64,000 nucleotides of DNA from a virus, in IMG/VR virus record IMGVR_UViG_3300031521_000040, positions 19,182-83,181 of that record; one strand, written 5' to 3'. The notes under the pieces are model-generated. The model made no database searches. It saw only the letters and a program-made list of their open reading frames with translations, and had not been told where the DNA came from. Below are positions 1 to 10,438 of the stretch, one piece after another. A program made the position numbers and the translations under genes. The first letter of the stretch is position 1, and the number at the start of each line of letters is the position of its first letter.

Positions 1-576
1 AGTGCCATTAAATGTAGTTGCTGTTATTGAAACAGTACCGCTTCCAGTACTTGCGCTGTAGGTAATTGCTTTAAACGTTTTTGATATTCCACTAAATGCA
101 GTATCACTATATTTAGTAAATCCGCCAAATACAACGCCAGTATCACCTGATGCATAAATTGAAACGCCTAAGTAAGTATTATTGGTATATGATGCTGTGG
201 TAACACCTGTAGCACCTTTACTTACAGTTGATGGATCAATACCAGCATTTAATGTAAGTGCCCAAGCTTTTCCTGCATTATATCCGCTTAAACCCAATAC
301 TCTAGTTACCCATAATTGATTAGTTTCTTCCAGATATGAATTAGCTACATATGGTAATTGATATTGAAGATTACCGTTGGTAAATCTTTGGGTTGTTTGT
401 GCTCCAAATCTGTTAGCAAATTCAGTTTTGTCCTGTACGTAAACCTTCTCAAAGGCAGGTCCTTTAAGGGTTTCGCCAACAAGTCCTAATGTTGTAATAC
501 CTACGTTTCTTGTTACAAAGGTTAGGTCTTGTTCTTTAAATTTATACCCCGGTGAGGTAAATACAAATTCTGCCAT
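1..576 (-). CDS. Tail sheath protein (gp18-like), N-terminal part; truncated by the window edge
   Basis: Manual translation from ATG at 576: MAEFVFTSPGIKFKEQDLTFVTRNVGITTLGLVGETLKGPAFEKVYV..., the SPG-x-x-x-E-x-D / GLVG..KGP start typical of sheath proteins. Confidence 0.85.
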   Translation of the reverse strand, partial: MAEFVFTSPGYKFKEQDLTFVTRNVGITTLGLVGETLKGPAFEKVYVQDKTEFANRFGAQTTQRFTNGNLQYQLPYVANSYLEETNQLWVTRVLGLSGYNAGKAWALTLNAGIDPSTVSKGATGVTTASYTNNTYLGVSIYASGDTGVVFGGFTKYSDTAFSGISKTFKAITYSASTGSGTVSITATTFNGT

Positions 577-884
577 GTCTAATATTTATTTATTTTTTTT
601 ATTATTATTTTAATTTTAAAGCTGTTTCCTGCTTTCTACAATAAATACTAAAAAATAACGCAAAAGAAGTTTTAGTAAAATTATTATCACATTGCTATTC
701 TTGCTAATAAACCTAAATTTTGGATTTTTTTAATTTTTTTTATTCATATTTTTTTCTTTTTTTAGTTTTTATATTTAAAATTTTCGTTTTTTAGCTAAAA
801 AATATTTTTAATTTTTTTTAAAATAAATTATTGATAGATATGGTTTTCCTAGTTTTAGTATTTATAATAAACGTTTAAATAATC

Positions 885-2990
885 ATGAACAAATCACAAC
901 AAATTTATTTTGATAGTGGCAATACTGGAAATGATATTCATACAAAGATAAGACTTGAACAAAATATTAATAGTATTGAATTTCTTAGCTTAAGCATAAG
1001 CGCTGAAGATGCTTATCAAAATTTTAATGCTGATTATGGCGTATTAATTGGAAGGGTAATTGCTAATGGTGGTATTGGCGTTCCAAATGCAAAAATAAGT
1101 ATCTTCATTCCAATTAGTGATACCGATTCATTGAATGGTGACATTGCTAGTGTCTATCCATATAAAACACCTAGAGATAAAAATAATGAAGGAAAAAGGT
1201 ATAATCTATTACCACGAACTTCAAAAATTAGCCCATTGACAGGTCAATGGTCGCCTAAACAGCCATTTGGCTCGTTTCCAATTAAAGAAGAAGTTGTAAC
1301 TAATGATATATTACTAAGTGTTTATAAAAAATATTATAGATATACTGCATTAACTAATGATTCGGGCGATTATATGATGTTTGGCGTTCCCATAGGAACT
1401 CAAACAGTACATATGAGTGTAGATATTACTGACATTGGAAGATATAGTATGAATCCAGCATCAATGGTAACTAATTTAGGATACTCACCTAATTTATTTA
1501 CTGCCGATAAAACCAAAATAAAACCTAATAATGACCTAAACGATTTACCTAATATTGAAACACAGGAAATTGATGTGGATGTTATACCTTTTTGGGGTGA
1601 TGCTACTAATTTCGAAATAGGTATAACTCGACAGGATTTTAGAATTAGATCAGTAATTGCAAATACTTTCGTTATTTTTGGAAGCGTGTTTACTGATGGT
1701 GATAATGCAATGTGGGGTGCTAATCCTAGTGGAAGTAGACGAATTTCGGAATTATTTCGTGCTAGAGACGATGCGAATACGACTATCGGCATATTCTCAA
1801 AGAGAACAGGTAAGGTTACCGAAAAAATATATTACTATCCATCTAGCGTTAGTGATGATACAATCGATTCTGGAAATGCTAAGAATGATGGTAGCGACAT
1901 GTTATTGTTAGACCCTAGTGAATATTCATTATATAGTGAAAATGGTAATTTTGTTGCCATAATAAATTGTAACAGAAATAAAGTTATAACGAATAATGGT
2001 GTTGAAACACCTGTTGCTGATAATTCGCCTAATGGAGTATATACTAAATTTAGGGGATTTATGACAATTGAAATATTACCAGATGACGTACAAATGAATT
2101 TCACTGGTGATATTGGCGTTGATACGACACTTGTACCATTCAGATATATCTTAAAATTTCCACAATACGCTGAAAGAAATCAATCATTTATACAGCCAGA
2201 TAGGTCAACAAGTAAAGATTTTCCCAATACGAATCAATGGAGAAAGCAATCATACACTTTTACAGGTGGAAGCTTCTATAGTTTATCTAAATTTCATGGA
2301 ACAGTATATAATGACTCCGCAACTGATGCTAATCAGGGTACAAATAATGGATTTTATAATCACGATACAATTAATAAACCACTCAATCAAGACCCTTTCT
2401 GGAATGTAGGTATTATTGCTACAAATACTTATGATGAAAAGTATCCTAACGATGCACTTAAGTTTCCAACTAATTCTAATATTACTGGCACATTAAAAAC
2501 ATTTGGTGCGAATTGGATGAATTTAAGTATTTATCTACCACAAGTTGGATTTCTGCAGGATGGCTCTAAATTTGTTTATCGTGTTAGATCAGCAGATCAT
2601 TTCACACGTCAAATTCCAGACGATAACGATCAGGGAAACAATGCATATTATTTTTACGATAACGATCAAAAAATTGCTGCTGGTGATATTAATACTAAAT
2701 GGTTTGCACGTTCAGATTTAAACTGGACTGACTTTATCAATGTGCCAATTAATGATATTGTATATATGAAGGGCAAAGATAAGGGATTTAAGACTAATAC
2801 GTTTGAATTAAGTGGTAAATATCGAAACGGTACAATAATACCTCATGGATGGTCACACCCATGTCCAATGGATGGTGGAAAACTTGATGGTGATCCATTA
2901 ATGTCAGCAGACCCTGCAATCTATTTTTATAAAGGATTGGATGAAGTAGACTGTATTGAGTTTTTATATAAGTTAGGACTAATTAATTAA
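885..2990 (+). CDS. Putative virion structural (tail/baseplate) protein
   Basis: 701 aa ORF; N-terminal GRVIANGGIGVPNAKISIF resembles a beta-sandwich; AGTATTTAT motif at 857-865. Confidence 0.5.
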   Translation: MNKSQQIYFDSGNTGNDIHTKIRLEQNINSIEFLSLSISAEDAYQNFNADYGVLIGRVIANGGIGVPNAKISIFIPISDTDSLNGDIASVYPYKTPRDKNNEGKRYNLLPRTSKISPLTGQWSPKQPFGSFPIKEEVVTNDILLSVYKKYYRYTALTNDSGDYMMFGVPIGTQTVHMSVDITDIGRYSMNPASMVTNLGYSPNLFTADKTKIKPNNDLNDLPNIETQEIDVDVIPFWGDATNFEIGITRQDFRIRSVIANTFVIFGSVFTDGDNAMWGANPSGSRRISELFRARDDANTTIGIFSKRTGKVTEKIYYYPSSVSDDTIDSGNAKNDGSDMLLLDPSEYSLYSENGNFVAIINCNRNKVITNNGVETPVADNSPNGVYTKFRGFMTIEILPDDVQMNFTGDIGVDTTLVPFRYILKFPQYAERNQSFIQPDRSTSKDFPNTNQWRKQSYTFTGGSFYSLSKFHGTVYNDSATDANQGTNNGFYNHDTINKPLNQDPFWNVGIIATNTYDEKYPNDALKFPTNSNITGTLKTFGANWMNLSIYLPQVGFLQDGSKFVYRVRSADHFTRQIPDDNDQGNNAYYFYDNDQKIAAGDINTKWFARSDLNWTDFINVPINDIVYMKGKDKGFKTNTFELSGKYRNGTIIPHGWSHPCPMDGGKLDGDPLMSADPAIYFYKGLDEVDCIEFLYKLGLIN

Positions 2991-3015
2991 CAAAATGTTG
3001 AGGTATTTATAGAAT

Positions 3016-4170
3016 ATGGATAATCAAGTTAAAATATTACTTAATAGCAATCAGAATGTTAATTCTGTCAATGTAGATATGTATGAAAAAGTCAGTTTAA
3101 ATAATAATATTTCCGAAATCAATGAATATGATATTAGAAATAGTATTAGCGCAACTGAAATATTTGATATTGAGAGAAATAGAAATAGTATCTATAGAAT
3201 ATATGGAAAAATTGAATATTTATCATTACTTAATGGACTTCGTAACAACTATAGTAAATTTGAGGATTTTTTTTCACCACAAATAAGTGATGGTAAAAGT
3301 ATATTAAATTCATTTGATTTTTATTTAGTGAGAGCAACAACTGGATATACTAAGATTGTGGGAAGTGGCTCAACATGGGTTAGATATTTTAATGTTGTGT
3401 CAACACCAAAAGATTTCGAACTATTTCCAGTAGGATTTTCTAATAATATATATGGTGAACAAGAATATTCATTTAATTTTAATGCTGATTTTAATGTTTC
3501 TAAATATTATGACGAATTTGGATTTCCAGTTACCGAATTATTTCTATATGCTCAATATAAAAAGGCTGCCAATCCAGTAGAAACATTATATTCTACAATG
3601 TGGTCAAGCTATGGCATTTCGGGAAAAACAATAACAAATACAATTCCATTAAACATTGGTGATTATGTAAAAAACAGTGTAGGTCAAAAGATTGGTGACT
3701 TAATTGAATATATTAAAGATGATTTCAGTCAGATAGAACTATTTCCACAGGTTTATTATATAACAACGCCATGGACAGGCGGTAGTCTTCAATGGTGCTA
3801 CAATCCGTTTATACCAATAAGACTAAGATATTTAACAGATAATGTATATACTGCTAATACGGGGAGTACTACATATGATCTAGTTGAATCCATACCATCA
3901 TATGCAACAAAAATTGATAATAATGGAAATTTTGTTTGGAGAGATATCATGCCTGAAGGATTTATTGATCCATTAACTGGAATAGGTACTGACTATCCGT
4001 TTATTAATGGAAAAAGATATTTATTTACATCGATCATATTTGATATTATTCCAAATCTGGAAGATGCAGTAACAGCACACGCATTTAGTGATGTATGGTA
4101 TACAAGGAACGCTAATAATTCAAGCATAACACCAACAGGTAATATTAATGATATAGGTAAGCCATGTTAA
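3016..4170 (+). CDS. Hypothetical protein, putative structural
   Basis: 384 aa ORF; GTATTTAT motif at 3003-3010. Confidence 0.45.
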   Translation: MDNQVKILLNSNQNVNSVNVDMYEKVSLNNNISEINEYDIRNSISATEIFDIERNRNSIYRIYGKIEYLSLLNGLRNNYSKFEDFFSPQISDGKSILNSFDFYLVRATTGYTKIVGSGSTWVRYFNVVSTPKDFELFPVGFSNNIYGEQEYSFNFNADFNVSKYYDEFGFPVTELFLYAQYKKAANPVETLYSTMWSSYGISGKTITNTIPLNIGDYVKNSVGQKIGDLIEYIKDDFSQIELFPQVYYITTPWTGGSLQWCYNPFIPIRLRYLTDNVYTANTGSTTYDLVESIPSYATKIDNNGNFVWRDIMPEGFIDPLTGIGTDYPFINGKRYLFTSIIFDIIPNLEDAVTAHAFSDVWYTRNANNSSITPTGNINDIGKPC

Positions 4171-4943
4171 TAAAAGAAACAATATTTAATAGAGGAATTG
4201 ATATGAGCTTAAAAATTAATATAGGCTCAAATGATAGCTTTTTAGGATATCAGCAAGAAATTGATAATATTGTTGAAGAAGTATCAGCAGGATTAATTAA
4301 CTCAATTGTTGATGCGGAAAAACGAAAATTTAGTTTAAATTCTACAATACCTAATACCAAATTGCAATTTAATTTTAATGGTTTTAATACATTTATTGGT
4401 GCTGGCTTTACTGTTAAGGAAGTAATAACTAATAGCCAGACAATGCTAAACAGTTTTTTTATATTAGATTTTTACGATACGTTTGACCCTAACACACAGC
4501 AAAAAATATTCACCACATACTTGACTAAGGTTGGTTATATACCGAACTATAATATTAGCGCAAGCACTAGTAATCAATTATACTATTGGTATATACCAAT
4601 TTCATATACAACTGTACAAACAGGCAGTACAGCGATTGGTTATGTTAAATTTAGTTTCTATAATGCTAAGTCAGGCATAACCACGCAATTTTATAACCAA
4701 TATAATTCAAGTTTAACAACAGCAGAGAAAATGTACTTCAAATGCGAACTAAATCTTTTAGATAAAACATGGAGATTTTTGAATATGCCTAATTCAGTTG
4801 TAATTGCTAACGAATTAACGAACAGTATATTATATAACGATAAAATCAATAACACATATAATACGTTTAATAAAACAATACAGGTTTTTCCAACAGGTAA
4901 TAGCTATAATTATGTTGATAACAAATATAGGCTAATTACATAA
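4164..4943 (+). CDS. Hypothetical protein, putative structural
   Basis: 259 aa ORF overlapping the previous stop. Confidence 0.45.
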   Translation: MLIKETIFNRGIDMSLKINIGSNDSFLGYQQEIDNIVEEVSAGLINSIVDAEKRKFSLNSTIPNTKLQFNFNGFNTFIGAGFTVKEVITNSQTMLNSFFILDFYDTFDPNTQQKIFTTYLTKVGYIPNYNISASTSNQLYYWYIPISYTTVQTGSTAIGYVKFSFYNAKSGITTQFYNQYNSSLTTAEKMYFKCELNLLDKTWRFLNMPNSVVIANELTNSILYNDKINNTYNTFNKTIQVFPTGNSYNYVDNKYRLIT

Positions 4944-5700
4944 CGCTATAACCAATTCTTGGCTTTCTCATTGTTTTAACTATTTCAAATTCTTTTTCGT
5001 CTTGAATAAAGCCTAGAATTTTTAACGCATATTTTGAAACGAAAAATCTATCGCCATCAATATTTTCAATAGGATTTGATTCTGCAAATCCTTCAAACAG
5101 TAATGGCAATGGATTACCCTTTATATATACGTATTCTTGTTGTGATGCAAAGTTCTTCAATACTTGTTCATCATACTGATTTACATCAACTCTATATTTA
5201 GTAAATAGAGTAACTTCATATGTCATATCAACGTTTGTTGGTTCAGGCATTTTAAATCGCAAGTATATAATTTCGCCATTATCTAATATAGGTACATCTA
5301 AATACCTGAATTTACGTGGCTGTGGAATTCTATTTTTATTACCAATTCTAGTACCTCTTTGTTTATCAATACGCCTGACAGTAACGTAAGGCGTTGGAAC
5401 GTTTTTATCATTATCCACGAATTTCCATGTTTTACTGAATTCTCCCCAACGATCATTTTCTAAATAGAAAGTAGGTACTGGTGTATTATCAATTACTGGC
5501 TTCATATTTCCAGTATCAACATATGAAAAAACTGCTTGATCTAAATCTTCTAATAATATAGTTCTTGGCAAATATTTGGTATTAACATCGGTTTCGTTCA
5601 TAAGTTCTTCTATCCTATCCATTCCATAGTGAAGGTATTCAGTACCGATTTTGGGTGGATTAACATCTAAGGTTAGTTTAACTTTTTTTGGTAGTGCCAT
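4936..5700 (-). CDS. Tail completion / sheath stabilizer-like protein (gp15-like)
   Basis: 254 aa; MPEPTNVDMTYEVTLFTKY..DVNQYDEQVL resembles the gp15-type terminator fold; structural context; late motif at 5715. Confidence 0.5.
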   Translation of the reverse strand: MALPKKVKLTLDVNPPKIGTEYLHYGMDRIEELMNETDVNTKYLPRTILLEDLDQAVFSYVDTGNMKPVIDNTPVPTFYLENDRWGEFSKTWKFVDNDKNVPTPYVTVRRIDKQRGTRIGNKNRIPQPRKFRYLDVPILDNGEIIYLRFKMPEPTNVDMTYEVTLFTKYRVDVNQYDEQVLKNFASQQEYVYIKGNPLPLLFEGFAESNPIENIDGDRFFVSKYALKILGFIQDEKEFEIVKTMRKPRIGYSVM

Positions 5701-5792
5701 ATTAATATTTTTATATAAATACTTGTGTGGTAATATTATTTTAAACGAAGTAATAAGTATAAAAATAATTATCAGGTATTTTATAATAATCC

Positions 5793-5823
5793 TTTGACTT
5801 TAAATATATAATAGTTACATTTG
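5793..5823 (+). promoter_or_regulatory. Bacteroidota sigma70-type promoter
   Basis: TTTG (5793) and TACATTTG (5816-5823) with 19-nt spacing, ahead of the nucleotide-metabolism operon. Confidence 0.65.
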
Positions 5824-5840
5824 CGTTATAATTTAATATT

Positions 5841-6182
5841 ATGCTAATAGAACGTAAAGAATTCGTAGAAGAAAGTGGAAAAATTGGGTACGTTGAGTCA
5901 GTATTTGAATCAGGCAACGTACTAAAAACAACATATTTTCCTGAATCACAAAGACTCTATATTGCATTCAATAGAGGTCACACGTATTCATATGGTAATA
6001 TATCGCAGGATATGTATAATGAATTTGAAAGTAATGAATCGCAGGGAATTTTCTTTCAGAAAAGGATAAATAATAATAGTCGATATCCCTTCCGTAAAGA
6101 ATTTACATTATATCCTACGGAAGTTACACTTCTAAAAGAAATCATCACTAAAAAACGAGCTGAAAATGACAACAATGAATAA
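5841..6182 (+). CDS. KTSC-domain protein
   Basis: ESGNV...Y...LYIAFNRGHTYSY.NI....YNEF....SQGIFF pattern of KTSC. Confidence 0.7.
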   Translation: MLIERKEFVEESGKIGYVESVFESGNVLKTTYFPESQRLYIAFNRGHTYSYGNISQDMYNEFESNESQGIFFQKRINNNSRYPFRKEFTLYPTEVTLLKEIITKKRAENDNNE

Positions 6183-6438
6183 TATAGAAGATTACCAAAA
6201 CCTAGTTGAATTACTTAAAATGGCACTAGAATTTTATGGTAATGCTGAGAACTATAAAACAGAAAGAGGTGTATTTAATATAATTAATATTGATGGTGGT
6301 TCACAAGCTCGTTTTGCGCTGGATAAGATTAAAGAATTAGAAAAAACATACGTTGATATGAAAACCGAATATGTTGACGTAGGTAATAAAACACCTGAAG
6401 AAATTTTTAATATAATTGATAAATTAAAAAATGGATAA
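6166..6438 (+). CDS. Hypothetical protein
   Basis: 90 aa ORF coupled within the operon. Confidence 0.6.
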   Translation: MTTMNNIEDYQNLVELLKMALEFYGNAENYKTERGVFNIINIDGGSQARFALDKIKELEKTYVDMKTEYVDVGNKTPEEIFNIIDKLKNG

Positions 6439-6814
6439 AATAAAAACATTTGGGGAATATCAGGCTAAGGCGGTTGATTTAAAATTTTCGCTGAATAAAT
6501 TAGTTGAAAAGCATCCAGACTTAGATAGAAACATATTATTCATTCTAGCTGTTAATTATGACTGCTTAGGACTTGGAGAGGAAGCTGGTGAGGTATCAGG
6601 TAAGGTTAAAAAAATCATAAGAGATAAAGGTGGTATATTCACTGATAAAGATATAATCGAAATAAAAAAAGAAATTGGTGATACTTTCTGGTATTTAACA
6701 TCTTTATGTGAAACACTTGAAATTACAATGGAAGATGTTGCAACTGCGAACATTGAGAAATTACAATCAAGGCATGCACGTGGGACAGCTCATGGAAGCG
6801 GAGATAATCGTTAA
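6431..6814 (+). CDS. MazG-like NTP pyrophosphohydrolase
   Basis: LGLGEEAGEV..KVKK..RD, KEIGDTFWY, NIEKLQSR..RG...GSGDNR. Confidence 0.9.
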   Translation: MDKIKTFGEYQAKAVDLKFSLNKLVEKHPDLDRNILFILAVNYDCLGLGEEAGEVSGKVKKIIRDKGGIFTDKDIIEIKKEIGDTFWYLTSLCETLEITMEDVATANIEKLQSRHARGTAHGSGDNR

Positions 6815-6826
6815 AAACATACATAT

Positions 6827-7279
6827 ATGAAATATAATATAAGTGAAGATAGTGGCACATCAATAACAGTAGCCCCTACACAGATAAAATTTAAGAAATT
6901 AATACCTGAAGCACAAGTGCCATTTAAAAAATATACACCTGATGCTGGATTTGATCTCTATTGTACTTCAATAGTTAAAAAGAATAAGTATATAGAATAT
7001 CACACAGGACTTGCTATGGAAATACCTGTTGGTATGGTTGGTATTATCGTCCCAAGAAGCTCGATAACCGACTATGATTTAATGCTTAAAAATTCTTTGG
7101 GTATTATTAATTCAGGTGTTTCAGAAGAAATTATTCTATATTTCAGTGATGTTAAGGAATATAGTATGACACAAAAGAAAGAAATTTATAGTGTTGGTGA
7201 TAGTATTGGTGTTATTTTTTTTATTGAAGTACCTAATGTTAATTTATGTGAAGTAGAGGACTTCGATGAAATACAATAG
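6827..7279 (+). CDS. Degenerate trimeric dUTPase-like protein
   Basis: DAGFDL and PRSS motifs present; motif 3 altered (GIINSGVSEEI); C-terminal motif 5 absent. Confidence 0.75.
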   Translation: MKYNISEDSGTSITVAPTQIKFKKLIPEAQVPFKKYTPDAGFDLYCTSIVKKNKYIEYHTGLAMEIPVGMVGIIVPRSSITDYDLMLKNSLGIINSGVSEEIILYFSDVKEYSMTQKKEIYSVGDSIGVIFFIEVPNVNLCEVEDFDEIQ

Positions 7280-7358
7280 ATTAATGAAAAATTTACATGT
7301 AATTATTGATTATTCAATAACACCTAATATTTATAATAAATAAAAACATTATTGTTGA

Positions 7359-7973
7359 GAAAAATGTAAAATATGTGGAATAGATTTTTCTGTAATTAAC
7401 AGTAGAAAAGATAGTGCAAAATATTGTTCAAGGAAATGTTCCGCATTAGAGAAAAGAAGTCATGATAATATAATATGTACCGAATGCGGTGAACTTTTCC
7501 ATATGAAAGAGTCTCGTATTAAAAGATATAAGAGGACACAAGGATGTTTTTGCTCAACAAAATGCGTAGCTGATTTTCGAAAAAAGGCATATATAGGTGT
7601 TAATAATCCTAATTTTAGAAATGCTGAAAGAGATGGTAAATATCTATTAGATAAATTGCCGAAATTTGGGCGAATTAAATTACATCATAAGGTTGCATTC
7701 GAGTGTCATAATATCGATAAAATACCTGACAACCATTGTATTCATCATAGAGATTGTATTATTGATAATAATGATGAAGAAAATTTGGTTTTAATAACTT
7801 GGAGTGATCATAGATGGTTACATAAGAATTTTGGTAATGCTACATTATGGGCATATATAAATAATAAAGTAACTCTGGATGAATTATGTACGTGGTGTAA
7901 AGAGCCAAATAAAGCGAGATTATTATTACCGTTAAACATAATACAACAAAAAATACTATATGAAAAAAGTTAA
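7359..7973 (+). CDS. HNH homing endonuclease with N-terminal Zn fingers (5' end frameshifted or start unclear)
   Basis: IHHRDCIIDNNDEENLVLIT..DHRWLH; the frame stays open upstream of ATG 7503 (KCKICG...YCSRKC...CTECG) back to a TGA at 7356. Confidence 0.8.
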   Translation, partial: EKCKICGIDFSVINSRKDSAKYCSRKCSALEKRSHDNIICTECGELFHMKESRIKRYKRTQGCFCSTKCVADFRKKAYIGVNNPNFRNAERDGKYLLDKLPKFGRIKLHHKVAFECHNIDKIPDNHCIHHRDCIIDNNDEENLVLITWSDHRWLHKNFGNATLWAYINNKVTLDELCTWCKEPNKARLLLPLNIIQQKILYEKS

Positions 7974-8385
7974 AATAAAATATTTAAATGCTAACACTTG
8001 TTTGCCTAAAAAGGCTATTGATGACGATGCTTGTTATGATGTGGTAGCTGTATCTAAAAAGGAATATGGCGATGGAAGAATTGAATATGGATTGGGATTT
8101 TCATTGGAACTACCCCTAAACACTCAGCTTGATCTAAGACCTAGAAGCTCTATACATAAAACTGGACTTATTTTGAGTAATTGCATTGGAACTGGTGATG
8201 AGGGGTATCGTGGTGAATATAAAGCAGTTTTCTATCATATAATACCAACATTAAAGCCATATGATGTTGGAGATAGAATATTACAAATACAATTGAGAAC
8301 TAGAGAAGATATGAATTTAATAGTATCAGAAGATTTGTCTAATTCACAAAGAGGTGATGGCGGATTTGGTCATTCAGGCAAATAA
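7960..8385 (+). CDS. dut: dUTPase
   Basis: DACYDV, RPRSS, GTGDEGYRGE, GDRILQ, RGDGGFGHSG motifs. Confidence 0.92.
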   Translation: MKKVKIKYLNANTCLPKKAIDDDACYDVVAVSKKEYGDGRIEYGLGFSLELPLNTQLDLRPRSSIHKTGLILSNCIGTGDEGYRGEYKAVFYHIIPTLKPYDVGDRILQIQLRTREDMNLIVSEDLSNSQRGDGGFGHSGK

Positions 8386-8418
8386 TTAAAAAGTATAAAA
8401 CAATAAAAACTATAATAT

Positions 8419-8607
8419 ATGTCACTACTAAAATTAAGAAGAGAAACAGCAAAACAAAACCTAGAAGCACAGCTTTTACGTGGAAATAAACCTGAAAAGG
8501 TTGATGGTAAAACAACAGATAAGCACATCCCGCTTTCAACACATGATATTGAGCGAATCAATCGTGAAATTGAAGCAATAAATAATCCTAAGAAAAAAAC
8601 TGCATAA
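8419..8607 (+). CDS. Small hypothetical protein
   Basis: 62 aa ORF in the operon. Confidence 0.55.
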   Translation: MSLLKLRRETAKQNLEAQLLRGNKPEKVDGKTTDKHIPLSTHDIERINREIEAINNPKKKTA

Positions 8608-8608
8608 C

Positions 8609-8770
8609 ATGAGTTCGTATCAAAAAGAGGTATCTGATGCTGATATAAGATATCAGCAATATCTGGAAAAACTTGCAGCAGCTAAGAAGTCATATGCTCA
8701 AGATATAAACAATGAGCCGATTCCAATGGATTTTGAGCCGATTAGCAAAGAAGAATATTTAAGATCATGA
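8609..8770 (+). CDS. Small hypothetical protein (53 aa, not in the ORF track)
   Basis: MSSYQKEVSDADIRYQQYLEKLAAAKK...; ATGA overlap with thyA. Confidence 0.55.
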   Translation: MSSYQKEVSDADIRYQQYLEKLAAAKKSYAQDINNEPIPMDFEPISKEEYLRS

Positions 8771-9873
8771 AGCAATATTTGGATTTAATCGACAACATCA
8801 TCACGAATGGCGTTGAAAAAGAAAGCGGTAGAGCCAACATGCCTAATACTATTGGAATATCACATGGCGTTATTAAAATGAATTTAGCTGATGGATTTCC
8901 ATTGCTAACAACAAAAAAAATGTACTGGAAAGGTGTTGTGCACGAATTACTATGGTTTCTCAGAGGCGAAACCAACATCAAATACTTAGTAGATAATAGT
9001 GTAAACATCTGGAATCCTGATTCTTATAGATGGTATCTGAAGCAATGTAAAGATAATAATCTTGAAGTTTATTTTGATACGATTGAAAAATTTGTTGATT
9101 TTATAAAAAATGATAGCCTTGCGTATTACACGAATCTTACTAATAGAGAGTTTAAAGTAATTGATGGTATACACGATATGAGTCTGATAAGTCATATCAT
9201 GAATTTGAGTCAATTTAATTATATTATTGGTGACTTAGGTAAAGTTTATGGTTATCAATGGAGAAATCAAAACGGTGTTGATCAAGTTAAAGACGTTATT
9301 GATGGCTTGAAAGCTAATCCGTTTAGTAGATATCATATTATTGATGGATGGAATAAAGCAGATTTTAATGAAATGGCATTACCACCATGTCATCTGTTAT
9401 ATCAATTTATTGTCAGACCAATAACTCTTAGCGAGAGACAAAACATATTACATTATTCTGACGATTATGTTGACATATATAATGATACTGAGGAAAGCTT
9501 AGATACTCTCAATGTACCAAGATTCTATCTTGATCTTAATATGTATCAACGTTCTTGTGATTCGGCATGTGGAATTCCATTCAATATTGCATCAATGAGC
9601 TTATTATTAATGTTATTTGCTAAAGCAAGTAATATGATTGCTGGCGAAGCAACGTGGATTGGTGGTGATACACATCTATATTTAAGCCACATTGAAACAG
9701 CCAAGGAGCAGTTAAAAAGAGAACCATTTAAACTACCTGAATTGATTATAAATAAGGATTTATATGATCTTGATGACATATTAAATTTAAATATTGATGA
9801 TTTTGAACTCCTTAATTATGAATCACATCCTGCGATAAAATATGAATTATTTGTCGGACTGAAAAAAAAGTAA
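8767..9873 (+). CDS. thyA: Thymidylate synthase
   Basis: GFPLLTTKK, ELLWFLRGETN, LGKVYGYQWR, MALPPCH, YQRSCD..G.PFNIAS, GDTHLY. Confidence 0.97.
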   Translation: MKQYLDLIDNIITNGVEKESGRANMPNTIGISHGVIKMNLADGFPLLTTKKMYWKGVVHELLWFLRGETNIKYLVDNSVNIWNPDSYRWYLKQCKDNNLEVYFDTIEKFVDFIKNDSLAYYTNLTNREFKVIDGIHDMSLISHIMNLSQFNYIIGDLGKVYGYQWRNQNGVDQVKDVIDGLKANPFSRYHIIDGWNKADFNEMALPPCHLLYQFIVRPITLSERQNILHYSDDYVDIYNDTEESLDTLNVPRFYLDLNMYQRSCDSACGIPFNIASMSLLLMLFAKASNMIAGEATWIGGDTHLYLSHIETAKEQLKREPFKLPELIINKDLYDLDDILNLNIDDFELLNYESHPAIKYELFVGLKKK

Positions 9874-9888
9874 ATATAACTACATTGA

Positions 9889-10131
9889 ATGACAATATTA
9901 TATATAATAATCTTTATGTTGTTAGTGATAATTTCATTACTCTCACTAACGTTATATGTTTTCATAAGGAAAAATGTATATATTTCCGATAAAGAAAAGG
10001 AATTCATTTTCTTTGTAATTGATATTTTTAGAGATTTTGGTTCAGAATTGGGAATTCAATCGAAAGAACAACACGAAAAATTGGTTGAAGAATTAGAAAA
10101 AATTAAAAATAAATATAATAAAAAATTATGA
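9889..10131 (+). CDS. Small membrane protein
   Basis: N-terminal hydrophobic helix. Confidence 0.55.
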   Translation: MTILYIIIFMLLVIISLLSLTLYVFIRKNVYISDKEKEFIFFVIDIFRDFGSELGIQSKEQHEKLVEELEKIKNKYNKKL

Positions 10132-10406
10132 CTAAATTAGAAATCATATACGAGCAATATCCTGATGAAGTATTCATGTCGGCAGATGGATTCGATGCTG
10201 CGGTTATTGGCGTTACCACAAATAAAGCAACATCTGAATTAGTTCTGGTTTATTCCAGAAGCTTAGCCTTAATGGTTTTAATGTTAAATATGCCGTATGA
10301 AGAAGCTATAGAATATTTTGATTTTAATGTCGAAGGCGCATATATGGGCGATAAAACACCGATATGGGTTGACGATGAAATGTTTACTGATATGATGGAA
10401 GAATAA
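10128..10406 (+). CDS. Conserved phage hypothetical protein
   Basis: ADGFDAAVIG...EEAIEYFDFNVEGAYMGDKTPI. Confidence 0.65.
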   Translation: MTKLEIIYEQYPDEVFMSADGFDAAVIGVTTNKATSELVLVYSRSLALMVLMLNMPYEEAIEYFDFNVEGAYMGDKTPIWVDDEMFTDMMEE

Positions 10407-10436
10407 AAAGGGAAGCTAATTTAGCTTCCTTTTTTA
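10406..10436. terminator. Bidirectional intrinsic terminator
   Basis: AAAAGGGAAGCTA-ATT-TAGCTTCCTTTTTT between convergent genes. Confidence 0.8.
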
Positions 10437-10438
10437 TT

